From Eledone cirrhosa (lineage: Eukaryota): a DNA stretch of 64,000 nucleotides. Location of the stretch: the NCBI GenBank assembly GCA_964016885.1, contig OZ024740.1:45322001-45386000 (forward strand), given 5' to 3'. Both the position numbers and the translations under genes were made by a program. Positions 1-13,710 of the stretch are shown here, one piece after another (position 1 is the first letter of the stretch; the number at the start of each line of letters is the position of its first letter). Under the pieces are notes generated by a model. The model was not told the origin of the DNA. It ran no database searches and was given only the letters and a program-made list of their open reading frames with translations.

Positions 1-3000
1 TTAACACAAATATCTCGCTCTTGTGTGGTGGTTTTAACCTGTCACCCAGTTTAACACAAATATCTCGCTCTTGTGTGGTGGTTTTAATCTGTCACACCAG
101 TTTAACAGAAATATCTCGCTCTTGTGTGGTGGTTTTAACCTGTCACCCAGTTTAACACAAATATCTCGCTCTTGTGTGGTGGTTTTAACCTGTCACCCAG
201 TTTAACAGAAATATCTCGCTCTTGTGTGGTGGTTTTAACCTGTCACCCAGTTTAACAGAAATATCTCGCTCTTGTGTGGAGGTTTTAACCTGTCACCCAG
301 TTTAACACAAATATCTCGCTCTTGTGTGGTGGTTTTAATCTGTCACCCAGTTTAACAGAAATATCTCGCTCTTGTGTGGTGGTTTTAACCTGTCACCCAG
401 TTTAACACAAATATCTCGCTCTTGTGTGGTGGTTTTAACCTGTCACCCAGTTTAACACAAATATCTCGCTCTTGTGTGGTGGTTTTAATCTGTCACCCAG
501 TTTAACACAAATATCTCGCTCTTGTGTGGTGGTTTTAACCTGTCACCCAGTTTAACACAAATATCTCGCTCTTGTGTGGTGGTTTTAACCTGTCACCCAG
601 TTTAACACAAATATCTCGCTCTTGTGTGGTGGTTTTAACCTGTCACCCAGTTTAACACAAATATCTCGCTCTTGTGTGGTGGTTTTAATCTGTCACCCAG
701 TTTAACACAAATATCTCGCTCTTGTGTGGTGGTTTTAACCTGTCACCCAGTTTAACACAAATATCTCGCTCTTGTGTGGTGGTTTTAACCTGTCACCCAG
801 TTTAACACAAATATCTCGCTCTTGTGTGGTGGTTTTAACCTGTCACCCAGTTTAACACAAATATCTCGCTCTTGTGTGGTGGTTTTAATCTGTCACACCA
901 GTTTAACAGAAATATCTCGCTCTTGTGTGGTGGTTTTAACCTGTCACCCAGTTTAACACAAATATCTCGCTCTTGTGTGGTGGTTTTAACCTGTCACCCA
1001 GTTTAACAGAAATATCTCGCTCTTGTGTGGTGGTTTTAACCTGTCACCCAGTTTAACAGAAATATCTCGCTCTTGTGTGGAGGTTTTAACCTGTCACCCA
1101 GTTTAACACAAATATCTCGCTCTTGTGTGGTGGTTTTAATCTGTCACCCAGTTTAACAGAAATATCTCGCTCTTGTGTGGTGGTTTTAACCTGTCACCCA
1201 GTTTAACACAAATATCTCGCTCTTGTGTGGTGGTTTTAACCTGTCACCCAGTTTAACACAAATATCTCGCTCTTGTGTGGTGGTTTTAATCTGTCACCCA
1301 GTTTAACACAAATATCTCGCTCTTGTGTGGTGGTTTTAACCTGTCACCCAGTTTAACACAAATATCTCGCTCTTGTGTGGTGGTTTTAACCTGTCACCCA
1401 GTTTAACACAAATATCTCGCTCTTGTGTGGTGGTTTTAATCTGTCACCCAGTTTAACACAAATATCTCGCTCTTGTGTGGTGGTTTTAACCTGTCACCCA
1501 GTTTAACACAAATATCTCGCTCTTGTGTGGTGGTTTTAATCTGTCACCCAGTTTAACACAAATATCTCGCTCTTGTGTGGTGGTTTTAACCTGTCACCCA
1601 GTTTAACACAAATATCTCGCTCTTGTGTGGTGGTTTTAACCTGTCACCCAGTTTAACACAAATATCTCGCTCTTGTGTGGTGGTTTTAACCTGTCACCCA
1701 GTTTAACACAAATATCTCGCTCTTGTGTGGTGGTTTTAATCTGTCACCCAGTTTAACACATATATCTCGCTCTTGTGTGGTGGTTTTAACCTGTCACCCA
1801 GTTTAACACAAATGTCTCGCTCTTGTGTGGTGGTTTTAATCTGTCACCCAGTTTAACAGAAATATCTCGCTCTTGTGTGGTGGTTTTAACCTGTCACCCA
1901 GTTTAACAGAAATATCTCGCTCTTGTGTGGTGGTTTTAATCTGTCACCCAGTTTAACACAAATATCTCGCTCTTGTGTGGTGGTTTTAACCTGTCACCCA
2001 GTTTAACACAAATATCTCGCTCTTGTGTGGTGGTTTTAACCTGTCACCCAGTTTAACACAAATATCTCGCTCTTGTGTGGTGGTTTTAACCTGTCACCCA
2101 GTTTAACACAAATATCTCGCTCTTGTGTGGTGGTTTTAACCTGTCACCCAGTTTAACACAAATATCTCGCTCTTGTGTGGTGGTTTTAATCTGTCACCCA
2201 GTTTAACACAAATATCTCGCTCTTGTGTGGTGGTTTTAACCTGTCACCCAGTTTAACACAAATATCTCGCTCTTGTGTGGTGGTTTTAACCTGTCACCCA
2301 GTTTAACAGAAATATCTCGCTCTTGTGTGGTGGTTTTCACCTGTCACCCAGTTTAACAGAAATATCTCGCTCTTGTGTGGAGGTTTTAACCTGTCACCCA
2401 GTTTAACACAAATATCTCGCTCTTGTGTGGTGGTTTTAATCTGTCACCCAGTTTAACACAAATATCTCGCTCTTGTGTGGTGGTTTTAACCTGTCACCCA
2501 GTTTAACACAAATATCTCGCTCTTGTGTGGTGGTTTTAACCTGTCACCCAGTTTAACACAAATATCTCGCTCTTGTGTGGTGGTTTTAATCTGTCACCCA
2601 GTTTAACACAAATATCTCGCTCTTGTGTGGTGGTTTTAACCTGTCACCCAGTTTAACACAAATATCTCGCTCTTGTGTGGTGGTTTTAACCTGTCACCCA
2701 GTTTAACACAAATATCTCGCTCTTGTGTGGTGGTTTTAACCTGTCACCCAGTTTAACACAAATATCTCGCTCTTGTGTGGTGCTTTTAACCTGTCACCCA
2801 GTTTAACACAAATATCTCGCTCTTGTGTGGTGGTTTTAATCTGTCACCCAGTTTAACACAAATATCTCGCTCTTGTGTGGTGGTTTTAATCTGTCACCCA
2901 GTTTAACACAAATATCTCGCTCTTGTGTGGTGGTTTTAATCTGTCACCCAGTTTAACACAAATATCTCGCTCTTGTGTGGTGGTTTTAACCTGTCACCCA

Positions 3001-6000
3001 GTTTAACACAAATATCTCGCTCTTGTGTGGTGGTTTTAACCTGTCACCCAGTTTAACACAAATATCTCGCTCTTGTGTGGTGGTTTTAACCTGTCACCCA
3101 GTTTAACACAAATATCTCGCTCTTGTGTGGTGGTTTTAATCTGTCACCCAGTTTAACACAAATATCTCGCTCTTGTGTGGTGGTTTTAACCTGTCACCCA
3201 GTTTAACACAAATATCTCGCTCTTGTGTGGTGGTTTTAATCTGTCACCCAGTTTAACACAAATATCTCGCTCTTGTGTGGTGGTTTTAACCTGTCACCCA
3301 GTTTAACACAAATATCTCGCTCTTGTGTGGTGGTTTTAATCTGTCACCCAGTTTAACACAAATATCTCGCTCTTGTGTGGTGGTTTTAACCTGTCACCCA
3401 GTTTAACACAAATATCTCGCTCTTGTGTGGTGGTTTTAACCTGTCACCCAGTTTAACACAAATATCTCGCTCTTGTGTGGTGGTTTTAACCTGTCACCCA
3501 GTTTAACACAAATATCTCGCTCTTGTGTGGTGGTTTTAACCTGTCACCCAGTTTAACACAAATATCTCGCTCTTGTGTGGTGGTTTTAACCTGTCACCCA
3601 GTTTAACACAAATATCTCGCTCTTGTGTGGTGGTTTTAACCTGTCACCCAGTTTAACACAAATATCTCGCTCTTGTGTGGTGGTTTTAATCTGTCACCCA
3701 GTTTAACACAAATATCTCGCTCTTGTGTGGTGGTTTTAACCTGTCACCCAGTTTAACACAAATATCTCGCTCTTGTGTGGTGGTTTTAACCTGTCACCCA
3801 GTTTAACACAAATATCTCGCTCTTGTGTGGTGGTTTTAACCTGTCACCCAGTTTAACACAAATATCTCGCTCTTGTGTGGTGGTTTTAATCTGTCACCCA
3901 GTTTAACACAAATATCTCGCTCTTGTGTGGTGGTTTTAACCTGTCACCCAGTTTAACACAAATATCTCGCTCTTGTGTGGTGGTTTTAACCTGTCACCCA
4001 GTTTAACACAAATATCTCGCTCTTGTGTGGTAGTTTTAACCTGTCACCCAGTTTAACACAAATATCTCGCTCTTGTGTGGTGGTTTTAACCTGTCACCCA
4101 GTTTAACACAAATATCTCGCTCTTGTGTGGTGGTTTTAACCTGTCACCCAGTTTAACAGAAATATCTCGCTCTTGTGTGGAGGTTTTAACCTGTCACCCA
4201 GTTTAACACAAATATCTCGCTCTTGTGTGGTGGTTTTAATCTGTCACCCAGTTTAACACAAATATCTCGCTCTTGTGTGGTGGTTTTAACCTGTCACCCA
4301 GTTTAACACAAATATCTCGCTCTTGTGTGGTGGTTTTAACCTGTCACCCAGTTTAACAGAAATATCTCGCTCTTGTGTGGTGGTTTTAACCTGTCACCCA
4401 GTTTAACAGAAATATCTCGCTCTTGTGTGGAGGTTTTAACCTGTCACCCAGTTTAACAGAAATATCTCGCTCTTGTGTGGTGGTTTTAACCTGTCACCCA
4501 GTTTAACACAAATATCTCGCTCTTGTGTGGTGGTTTTAACCTGTCACCCAGTTTAACACAAATATCTCGCTCTTGTGTGGTGGTTTTAACCTGTCACCCA
4601 GTTTAACAGAAATATCTCGCTCTTGTGTGGTGGTTTTAATCTGTCACCCAGTTTAACACAAATATCTCGCTCTTGTGTGGTGGTTTTAACCTGTCACCCA
4701 GTTTAACACAAATATCTCGCTCTTGTGTGGTGGTTTTAACCTGTCACCCAGTTTAACACAAATATCTCGCTCTTGTGTGGTGGTTTTAACCTGTCACCCA
4801 GTTTAACACAAATATCTCGCTCTTGTGTGGTGGTTTTAATCTGTCACCCAGTTTAACACAAATATCTCGCTCTTGTGTGGTGGTTTTAACCTGTCACCCA
4901 GTTTAACACAAATATCTCGCTCTTGTGTGGTGGTTTTAACCTGTCACCCAGTTTAACAGAAATATCTCGCTCTTGTGTGGTGGTTTTAACCTGTCACCCA
5001 GTTTAACAGAAATATCTCGCTCTTGTGTGGAGGTTTTAACCTGTCACCCAGTTTAACACAAATATCTCGCTCTTGTGTGGTGGTTTTAATCTGTCACCCA
5101 GTTTAACACAAATATCTCGCTCTTGTGTGGTGGTTTTAATCTGTCACCCAGTTTAACACAAATATCTCGCTCTTGTGTGGTGGTTTTAATCTGTCACCCA
5201 GTTTAACACAAATATCTCGCTCTTGTGTGGTGGTTTTAACCTGTCACCCAGTTTAACACAAATATCTCGCTCTTGTGTGGTGGTTTTAACCTGTCACCCA
5301 GTTTAACACAAATATCTCGCTCTTGTGTGGTGGTTTTAACCTGTCACCCAGTTTAACACAAATATCTCGCTCTTGTGTGGTGGTTTTAACCTGTCACCCA
5401 GTTTAACACAAATATCTCGCTCTTGTGTGGTGGTTTTAACCTGTCACCCAGTTTAACACAAATATCTCGCTCTTGTGTGGTGGTTTTAACCTGTCACCCA
5501 GTTTAACACAAATATCTCGCTCATGTGTGGTGGTTTTAACCTGTCACCCAGTTTAACACAAATATCTCGCTCTTGTGTGGTGGTTTTAACCTGTCACCCA
5601 GTTTAACACAAATATCTCGCTCTTGTGTGGTGGTTTTAATCTGTCACACCAGTTTAACAGAAATATCTCGCTCTTGTGTGGTGGTTTTAACCTGTCACCC
5701 AGTTTAACACAAATATCTCGCTCTTGTGTGGTGGTTTTAACCTGTCACCCAGTTTAACACAAATATCTCGCTCTTGTGTGGTGGTTTTAATCTGTCACAC
5801 CAGTTTAACAGAAATATCTCGCTCTTGTGTGGTGGTTTTAACCTGTCACCCAGTTTAACACAAATATCTCGCTCTTGTGTTGTGGTTTTAACCTGTCACC
5901 CAGTTTAACAGAAATATCTCGCTCTTGTGTGGAGGTTTTAACCTGTCACCCAGTTTAACACAAATATCTCGCTCTTGTGTGGTGGTTTTAACCTGTCACC

Positions 6001-9000
6001 CAGTTTAACAGAAATATCTCGCTCTTGTGTGGAGGTTTTAACCTGTCACCCAGTTTAACACAAATATCTCGCTCTTGTGTGGTGGTTTTAATCTGTCACC
6101 CAGTTTAACACAAATATCTCGCTCTTGTGTGGTGGTTTTAACCTGTCACCCAGTTTAACACAAATATCTCGCTCTTGTGTGGTGGTTTTAACCTGTCACC
6201 CAGTTTAACACAAATATCTCGCTCTTGTGTGGTGGTTTTAATCTGTCACCCAGTTTAACACAAATATCTCGCTCTTGTGTGGTGGTTTTAACCTGTCACC
6301 CAGTTTAACACAAATATCTCGCTCTTGTGTGGTGGTTTTAACCTGTCACCCAGTTTAACACAAATATCTCGCTCTTGTGTGGTGGTTTTAACCTGTCACC
6401 CAGTTTAACACAAATATCTCGCTCTTGTGTGGTGGTTTTAACCTGTCACCCAGTTTAACACAAATATCTCGCTCTTGTGTGGTGGTTTTAACCTGTCACC
6501 CAGTTTAACACAAATGTCTCGCTCTTGTGTGGTGGTTTTAATCTGTCACCCAGTTTAACAGAAATATCTCGCTCTTGTGTGGTGGTTTTAACCTGTCACC
6601 CAGTTTAACAGAAATATCTCGCTCTTGTGTGGTGGTTTTAATCTGTCACCCAGTTTAACACAAATATCTCGCTCTTGTGTGGTGGTTTTAACCTGTCACC
6701 AAGTTTAACACAAATATCTCGCTCTTGTGTGGTGGTTTTAACCTGTCACCCAGTTTAACACAAATATCTCGCTCTTGTGTGGTGGTTTTAACCTGTCACC
6801 CAGTTTAACACAAATATCTCGCTCTTGTGTGGTGGTTTTAACCTGTCACCCAGTTTAACACAAATATCTCGCTCTTGTGTGGTGGTTTTAACCTGTCACC
6901 CAGTTTAACAGAAATATCTCGCTCTTGTGTGGTGGTTTTAACCTGTCACCCAGTTTAACACAAATATCTCGCTCTTGTGTGGTGGTTTTAACCTGTCACC
7001 CAGTTTAACAGAAATATCTCGCTCTTGTGTGGTGGTTTTAACCTGTCACCCAGTTTAACACAAATATCTCGCTCTTGTGTGGAGGTTTTAACCTGTCACC
7101 CAGTTTAACACAAATATCTCGCTCTTGTGTGGTGGTTTTAATCTGTCACCCAGTTTAACACAAATATCTCGCTCTTGTGTGGTGGTTTTAACCTGTCACC
7201 CAGTTTAACACAAATATCTCGCTCTTGTGTGGTGGTTTTAACCTGTCACCCAGTTTAACACAAATATCTCGCTCTTGTGTGGTGGTTTTAATCTGTCACC
7301 CAGTTTAACACAAATATCTCGCTCTTGTGTGGTGGTTTTAACCTGTCACCCAGTTTAACACAAATATCTCGCTCTTGTGTGGTGGTTTTAACCTGTCACC
7401 CAGTTTAACACAAATATCTCGCTCTTGTGTGGTGGTTTTAACCTGTCACCCAGTTTAACACAAATATCTCGCTCTTGTGTGGTGGTTTTAACCTGTCACC
7501 CAGTTTAACACAAATATCTCGCTCTTGTGTGGTGGTTTTAATCTGTCACCCAGTTTAACACAAATATCTCGCTCTTGTGTGGTGGTTTTAATCTGTCACC
7601 CAGTTTAACACAAATATCTCGCTCTTGTGTGGTGGTTTTAATCTGTCACCCAGTTTAACACAAATATCTCGCTCTTGTGTGGTGGTTTTAACCTGTCACC
7701 CAGTTTAACACAAATATCTCGCTCTTGTGTGGTGGTTTTAACCTGTCACCCAGTTTAACACAAATATCTCGCTCTTGTGTGGTGGTTTTAACCTGTCACC
7801 CAGTTTAACACAAATATCTCGCTCTTGTGTGGTGGTTTTAATCTGTCACCCAGTTTAACACAAATATCTCGCTCTTGTGTGGTGGTTTTAACCTGTCACC
7901 CAGTTTAACACAAATATCTCGCTCTTGTGTGGTGGTTTTAATCTGTCACCCAGTTTAACACAAATATCTCGCTCTTGTGTGGTGGTTTTAACCTGTCACC
8001 CAGTTTAACACAAATATCTCGCTCTTGTGTGGTGGTTTTAATCTGTCACCCAGTTTAACACAAATATCTCGCTCTTGTGAGGTGGTTTTAACCTGTCACC
8101 CAGTTTAACACAAATATCTCGCTCTTGTGTGGTGGTTTTAACCTGTCACCCAGTTTAACACAAATATCTCGCTCTTGTGTGGTGGTTTTAACCTGTCACC
8201 CAGTTTAACACAAATATCTCGCTCTTGTGTGGTAGTTTTAACCTGTCACCCAGTTTAACACAAATATCTCGCTCTTGTGTGGTGGTTTTAACCTGTCACC
8301 CAGTTTAACACAAATATCTCGCTCTTGTGTGGTGGTTTTAACCTGTCACCCAGTTTAACACAAATATCTCGCTCTTGTGTGGTGGTTTTAATCTGTCACC
8401 CAGTTTAACACAAATATCTCGCTCTTGTGTGGTGGTTTTAACCTGTCACCCAGTTTAACACAAATATCTCGCTCTTGTGTGGTGGTTTTAACCTGTCACC
8501 CAGTTTAACACAAATATCTCGCTCTTGTGTGGTGGTTTTAACCTGTCACCCAGTTTAACACAAATATCTCGCTCTTGTGTGGTGGTTTTAACCTGTCACC
8601 CAGTTTAACACAAATATCTCGCTCTTGTGTGGTGGTTTTAACCTGTCACCCAGTTTAACACAAATATCTCGCTCTTGTGTGGTGGTTTTAACCTGTCACC
8701 CAGTTTAACACAAATATCTCGCTCTTGTGTGGTGGTTTTAACCTGTCACCCAGTTTAACACAAATATCTCGCTCATGTGTGGTGGTTTTAACCTGTCACC
8801 CAGTTTAACACAAATATCTCGCTCTTGTGTGGTGGTTTTAACCTGTCACCCAGTTTAACAGAAATATCTCGCTCTTGTGTGGTGGTTTTAACCTGTCACC
8901 CAGTTTAACACAAATATCTCGCTCTTGTGTGGTGGTTTTAACCTGTCACCCAGTTTAACACAAATATCTCGCTCTTGTGTGGTGGTTTTAACCTGTCACC

Positions 9001-11126
9001 CAGTTTAACAGAAATATCTCGCTCTTGTGTGGTGGTTTTAGCCTGTCACCCAGTTTAACACAAATATCTCGCTCTTGTGTGGTGGTTTTAACCTGTCACC
9101 CAGTTTAACACAAATATCTCGCTCTTGTGTGGTGGTTTTAATCTGTCACCCAGTTTAACACAAATATCTCGCTCTTGTGTGGTGGTTTTAACCTGTCACC
9201 CAGTTTAACACAAATATCTCGCTCTTGTGTGGTGGTTTTAATCTGTCACCCAGTTTAACACAAATATCTCGCTCTTGTGTGGTGGTTTTAACCTGTCACC
9301 CAGTTTAACACAAATATCTCGCTCTTGTGTGGTGGTGTTAACCTGTCACCCAGTTTAACACAAATATCTCGCTCTTGTGTGGTGGTTTTAACCTGTCACC
9401 CAGTTTAACACAAATATCTCGCTCTTGTGTGGTGGTTTTAACCTGTCACCCAGTTTAACACAAATATCTCGCTCTTGTGTGGTGGTTTTAATCTGTCACC
9501 CAGTTTAACACAAATATCTCGCTCTTGTGAGGTGGTTTTAACCTGTCACCCAGTTTAACACAAATATCTCGCTCTTGTGTGGTGGTTTTAACCTGTCACC
9601 CAGTTTAACACAAATATCTCGCTCTTGTGTGGTGGTTTTAACCTGTCACCCAGTTTAACACAAATATCTCGCTCTTGTGTGGTAGTTTTAACCTGTCACC
9701 CAGTTTAACACAAATATCTCGCTCTTGTGTGGTGGTTTTAACCTGTCACCCAGTTTAACACAAATATCTCGCTCTTGTGTGGTGGTTTTAACCTGTCACC
9801 CAGTTTAACACAAATATCTCGCTCTTGTGTGGTGGTTTTAATCTGTCACCCAGTTTAACACAAATATCTCGCTCTTGTGTGGTGGTTTTAACCTGTCACC
9901 CAGTTTAACACAAATATCTCGCTCTTGTGTGGTGGTTTTAACCTGTCACCCAGTTTAACACAAATATCTCGCTCTTGTGTGGTGGTTTTAACCTGTCACC
10001 CAGTTTAACACAAATATCTCGCTCTTGTGTGGTGGTTTTAACCTGTCACCCAGTTTAACACAAATATCTCGCTCTTGTGTGGTGGTTTTAACCTGTCACC
10101 CAGTTTAACACAAATATCTCGCTCTTGTGTGGTGGTTTTAACCTGTCACCCAGTTTAACACAAATATCTCGCTCATGTGTGGTGGTTTTAACCTGTCACC
10201 CAGTTTAACACAAATATCTCGCTCTTGTGTGGTGGTTTTAACCTGTCACCCAGTTTAACAGAAATATCTCGCTCTTGTGTGGTGGTTTTAACCTGTCACC
10301 CAGTTTAACACAAATATCTCGCTCTTGTGTGGTGGTTTTAACCTGTCACCCAGTTTAACACAAATATCTCGCTCTTGTGTGGTGGTTTTAACCTGTCACC
10401 CAGTTTAACAGAAATATCTCGCTCTTGTGTGGTGGTTTTAGCCTGTCACCCAGTTTAACACAAATATCTCGCTCTTGTGTGGTGGTTTTAACCTGTCACC
10501 CAGTTTAACACAAATATCTCGCTCTTGTGTGGTGGTTTTAATCTGTCACCCAGTTTAACACAAATATCTCGCTCTTGTGTGGTGGTTTTAACCTGTCACC
10601 CAGTTTAACACAAATATCTCGCTCTTGTGTGGTGGTTTTAATCTGTCACCCAGTTTAACACAAATATCTCGCTCTTGTGTGGTGGTTTTAACCTGTCACC
10701 CAGTTTAACACAAATATCTCGCTCTTGTGTGGTGGTGTTAACCTGTCACCCAGTTTAACACAAATATCTCGCTCTTGTGTGGTGGTTTTAACCTGTCACC
10801 CAGTTTAACACAAATATCTCGCTCTTGTGTGGTGGTTTTAACCTGTCACCCAGTTTAACACAAATATCTCGCTCTTGTGTGGTGGTTTTAATCTGTCACC
10901 CAGTTTAACACAAATATCTCGCTCTTGTGTGGTGGTTTTAACCTGTCACCCAGTTTAACACAAATATCTCGCTCTTGTGTGGTGGTGTTAACCTGTCACC
11001 CAGTTTAACACAAATATCTCGCTCTTGTGTGGTGGTTTTAATCTGTCACCCAGTTTAACACAAATATCTCGCTCTTGTGTGGTGGTTTTAATCTGTCACC
11101 CAGTTTAACACAAATATCTAGCTCTT
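1..11126. repeat. 50-bp tandem satellite array, ~222 copies, runs off the left window edge
   Basis: Unit TTAACACAAATATCTCGCTCTTGTGTGGTGGTTTTAACCTGTCACCCAGT repeated head-to-tail with few variants (AACC/AATC, ACACA/ACAGA, GGTGG/GGAGG, +A in CACACC). The last unit decays into unique sequence at ~11120. Confidence 0.99.
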
Positions 11127-12309
11127 GGGTGCCTTCAATGGAATCGATTCTGTTTCATGACAAAGTTCCCAGTTTGAGGCTACATTTCTCCTTCCACCCT
11201 GAAAAGTATCATGGGAACTGCCCCATCTTTAATAAAGCAATAGAAAAAATACGATCTAAAGCATTATTCGGTGTGCTAAGAAGCAAGAAAAAAGGCCTTC
11301 CAATTGAGTCAATATTGCCCTTAAACTCTCCACTGTCGATAAACTGTTTCTGTTATATTTTAACCCGTAAATCCTGAAGGAGTCGTAGGGGTACCGTTGT
11401 AAAATGGTGTTTCTTGGACATTTTCAAAATGGCAAGCCCATCTCGCCAGCTCTGAACAGCCGATTTCATATAGAGAAGCAGAGGAAGAGAAATAGAGAAG
11501 GAATCGACCCAGTACTGTAGGATGAAAGGCAAAGTTGAGCACAGCGAGATTTAAACTCAGAGCGCCGAGAGTCGGAACGAATACCACAAAGCACTCTGTC
11601 CGACGTCTAAACGACTCTGCCAATTTGCTACCTATTGTTGATAAACTAATTACCAATCATAGACTGTATCTGGTGTCTTTCCAAGAGAAATCAATAACCA
11701 GGTTAGGTAGTTGTATATTATATTTATGTAAGGGTTGTATATTTTATGCAATAAGTCAAGAAACGGTAATTAATTAAAATCATACCTTCAATGTAATTTA
11801 TTCTAAGGCAAGGGGATTAATCCTTATGGAATATATTCCATATTTGATTTTTACAGTTGTCTCCCTCTACCTGTTTGACTGTGGGTGCAGTATAATCGAA
11901 TGGTTAAGAAGTTCCTTTTGCCATCATAAGATCCCAGATCGATCCCACTTTATAGTATCTCGTAAGGAAAATTGGGTAGATAAAAACTGGAAGCCTGTAC
12001 CTGCTGTTCAAAGGGCCAGCCTTATAACACACTGTGTCACAGTTAACTTTCATGGAGAATTACCTTTAGGTTACACGCATCGATAGAATAGTCAGCCACT
12101 TGCACAATATTTACACATTTTAAAAGTTTTATTCATAGTTGTATAAATAAAATTACAAATCGTTTGCAATTCTTTCAGAATGAAAATATAAACAGAGCAT
12201 ATAAATAAATTTACAGTAGAATAACATAAAAAATATGTTTTAAATATATACATAAATAACATTACAAATGCTTCGGTAACATTATAAATAGCTCGCGATT
12301 CATTCAGAA

Positions 12310-13350
12310 AGATATATTCTTTTAATGATACAATATTAAAGAAAATGTAAAGGAAGGGGGTGAACAACGGAGCCAACACCAGAGCAAAAGACAGCAACGA
12401 CGCGAGTAGTGGGCAACCTCTCTAATGATTTTTGAGGCAAGCCAGCACACTCGCAGCGTTGCTTCGGGTGATGGCGATGCTGATGCGCTGAAACAGCCAA
12501 GCGCCCTCGCGAGATTCGCCAGTTACCTCTATTAGGCGAGCCGCCAGTGAAGAGAGGACCTCGCAGTCAGCGGCCCTACTCCCCCAAACGTCTCGAAAGC
12601 CACAGGCTGAAAAATGTAACTAGCCGACAGATCAGAGTATTTGAGGGTCTTACTCCGCTCGGCTGCAGAAGCTGTGGCTCTCGTCATAACAGCAGCATCC
12701 AGGATGTGGGCAAAAGAGTCACTAACAGTGACATCCCAGACAAGGCACCTGCCTCTCGACCAGGAGCATAGGGTAAGGTCCGTCAGGTCTTTGCCGTCAC
12801 TTCTAGACAACCCAGATGGTTCCAAGACTGAGGGGATATTCGCCCAGGCCAAATCTCTCTTCAGAATGAGGTTTAGCTCCGTGTGACGCGCGAAGCGGCC
12901 GGCATTCAGGCGGCAAGAAAGACTGTGGAGTCGAGGAGTTTTCCGCATCGGCACCTCAAACCCATGCAGACGTCAGCTCCCACTCTGAAGGCGATGGAGA
13001 CACGAAGTTCGTCCAGGCTGAGTAGGCCATCAGCGTTGGCCACGGGTAGGGCATCAACCCAGTCGCCTGAGTATTTGGCGCTGGTAGATAGTAAGCGGCA
13101 CCTTGCAAACTGATCTGACTGGACGAAGAGGGAGTCAAAGGTGGCCTTCGAACTTATGCTGTCCCAAGCTCTCCGACTTCGACTGTCCTCCACCTTCTCA
13201 GGAAGAGACAAGCCCAACTCACTCCATTGCTGGAGAGCTTCACCCAACTCCCTGTTGGAACTAGTCCATGTTGGAGAGGAGAGGATGCTGCTCACCGGGG
13301 TGGAACAAGCGTGAGTGGTGGAAAGGAAGCAGGGTAGAGAAACGAAATAC
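12310..13350 (-). mobile_element. 3' fragment of an RLE-type non-LTR retrotransposon (CRE-like), frameshifted
   Basis: Across frameshifts: C-x-C..H..SC..GRFARH zinc knuckle, EPSGLSRSDGK, WDVTVSDSFA, AAERSKTLKY, FQPVAFETFGG, WLFQRISIAITRSNAASVL. These are restriction-like endonuclease motifs. Confidence 0.8.
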
Positions 13351-13519
13351 ATTCATGCACTTCAAATGTAAACAAAATATATTTATCAACAAAATAAAAA
13401 GTACTGCCGTGGTAATTCCTCTAACCTAAATTAGTTTCTTATTTTTAAAAAAATCATATTCAAAGATTTTTTTACTAAATTCCAAATGTTTAAACCGTAA
13501 ATAATTCCAACAATTTATA

Positions 13520-13710
13520 ATTAATAATAATAATTGTTTCTACTATTGGCACAAGGCCGGAAATTACTCAGTACATTACTGGTACTTTATTTTATCGACC
13601 CCGCAAGGATGAAAGGCAAAGTCAACCTCAGCGGGATTTGAACTCAGATCGTAAAGGGACGTAACTATGCTGGAAAGCATGGCGTCCGACCCTCTACCGA
13701 TACTGCCAAA
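13520..13710 (-). mobile_element. tRNA-derived SINE, family A (other copies ~18764-18948 +, 31200-31350 +, 48430-48523 +, 56980-57170 -, 59235-59415 -, 61053-61158 +)
   Basis: Shared body GAGTTCAAATCCCGCCGAGGTT(A/G)ACTTTGCCTTTCATCC..GGGGTCGATAAAATAAAGTACCAGT with a B-box-like motif and an ATTATT tail. Confidence 0.85.

Noticed and set aside
1-11126. CRISPR array or repeat-encoded protein
   Set aside because: There are no unique spacers, no cas genes and the context is eukaryotic. The ORF track shows no ORF within the array.
1-11126. Telomeric repeat
   Set aside because: There are no TTAGGG tracts, and a subtelomeric position cannot be judged from this window.
11075-12397. Short ORFs next to the satellite
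   Set aside because: No recognisable domains; they overlap SINE remnants and AT-rich sequence.
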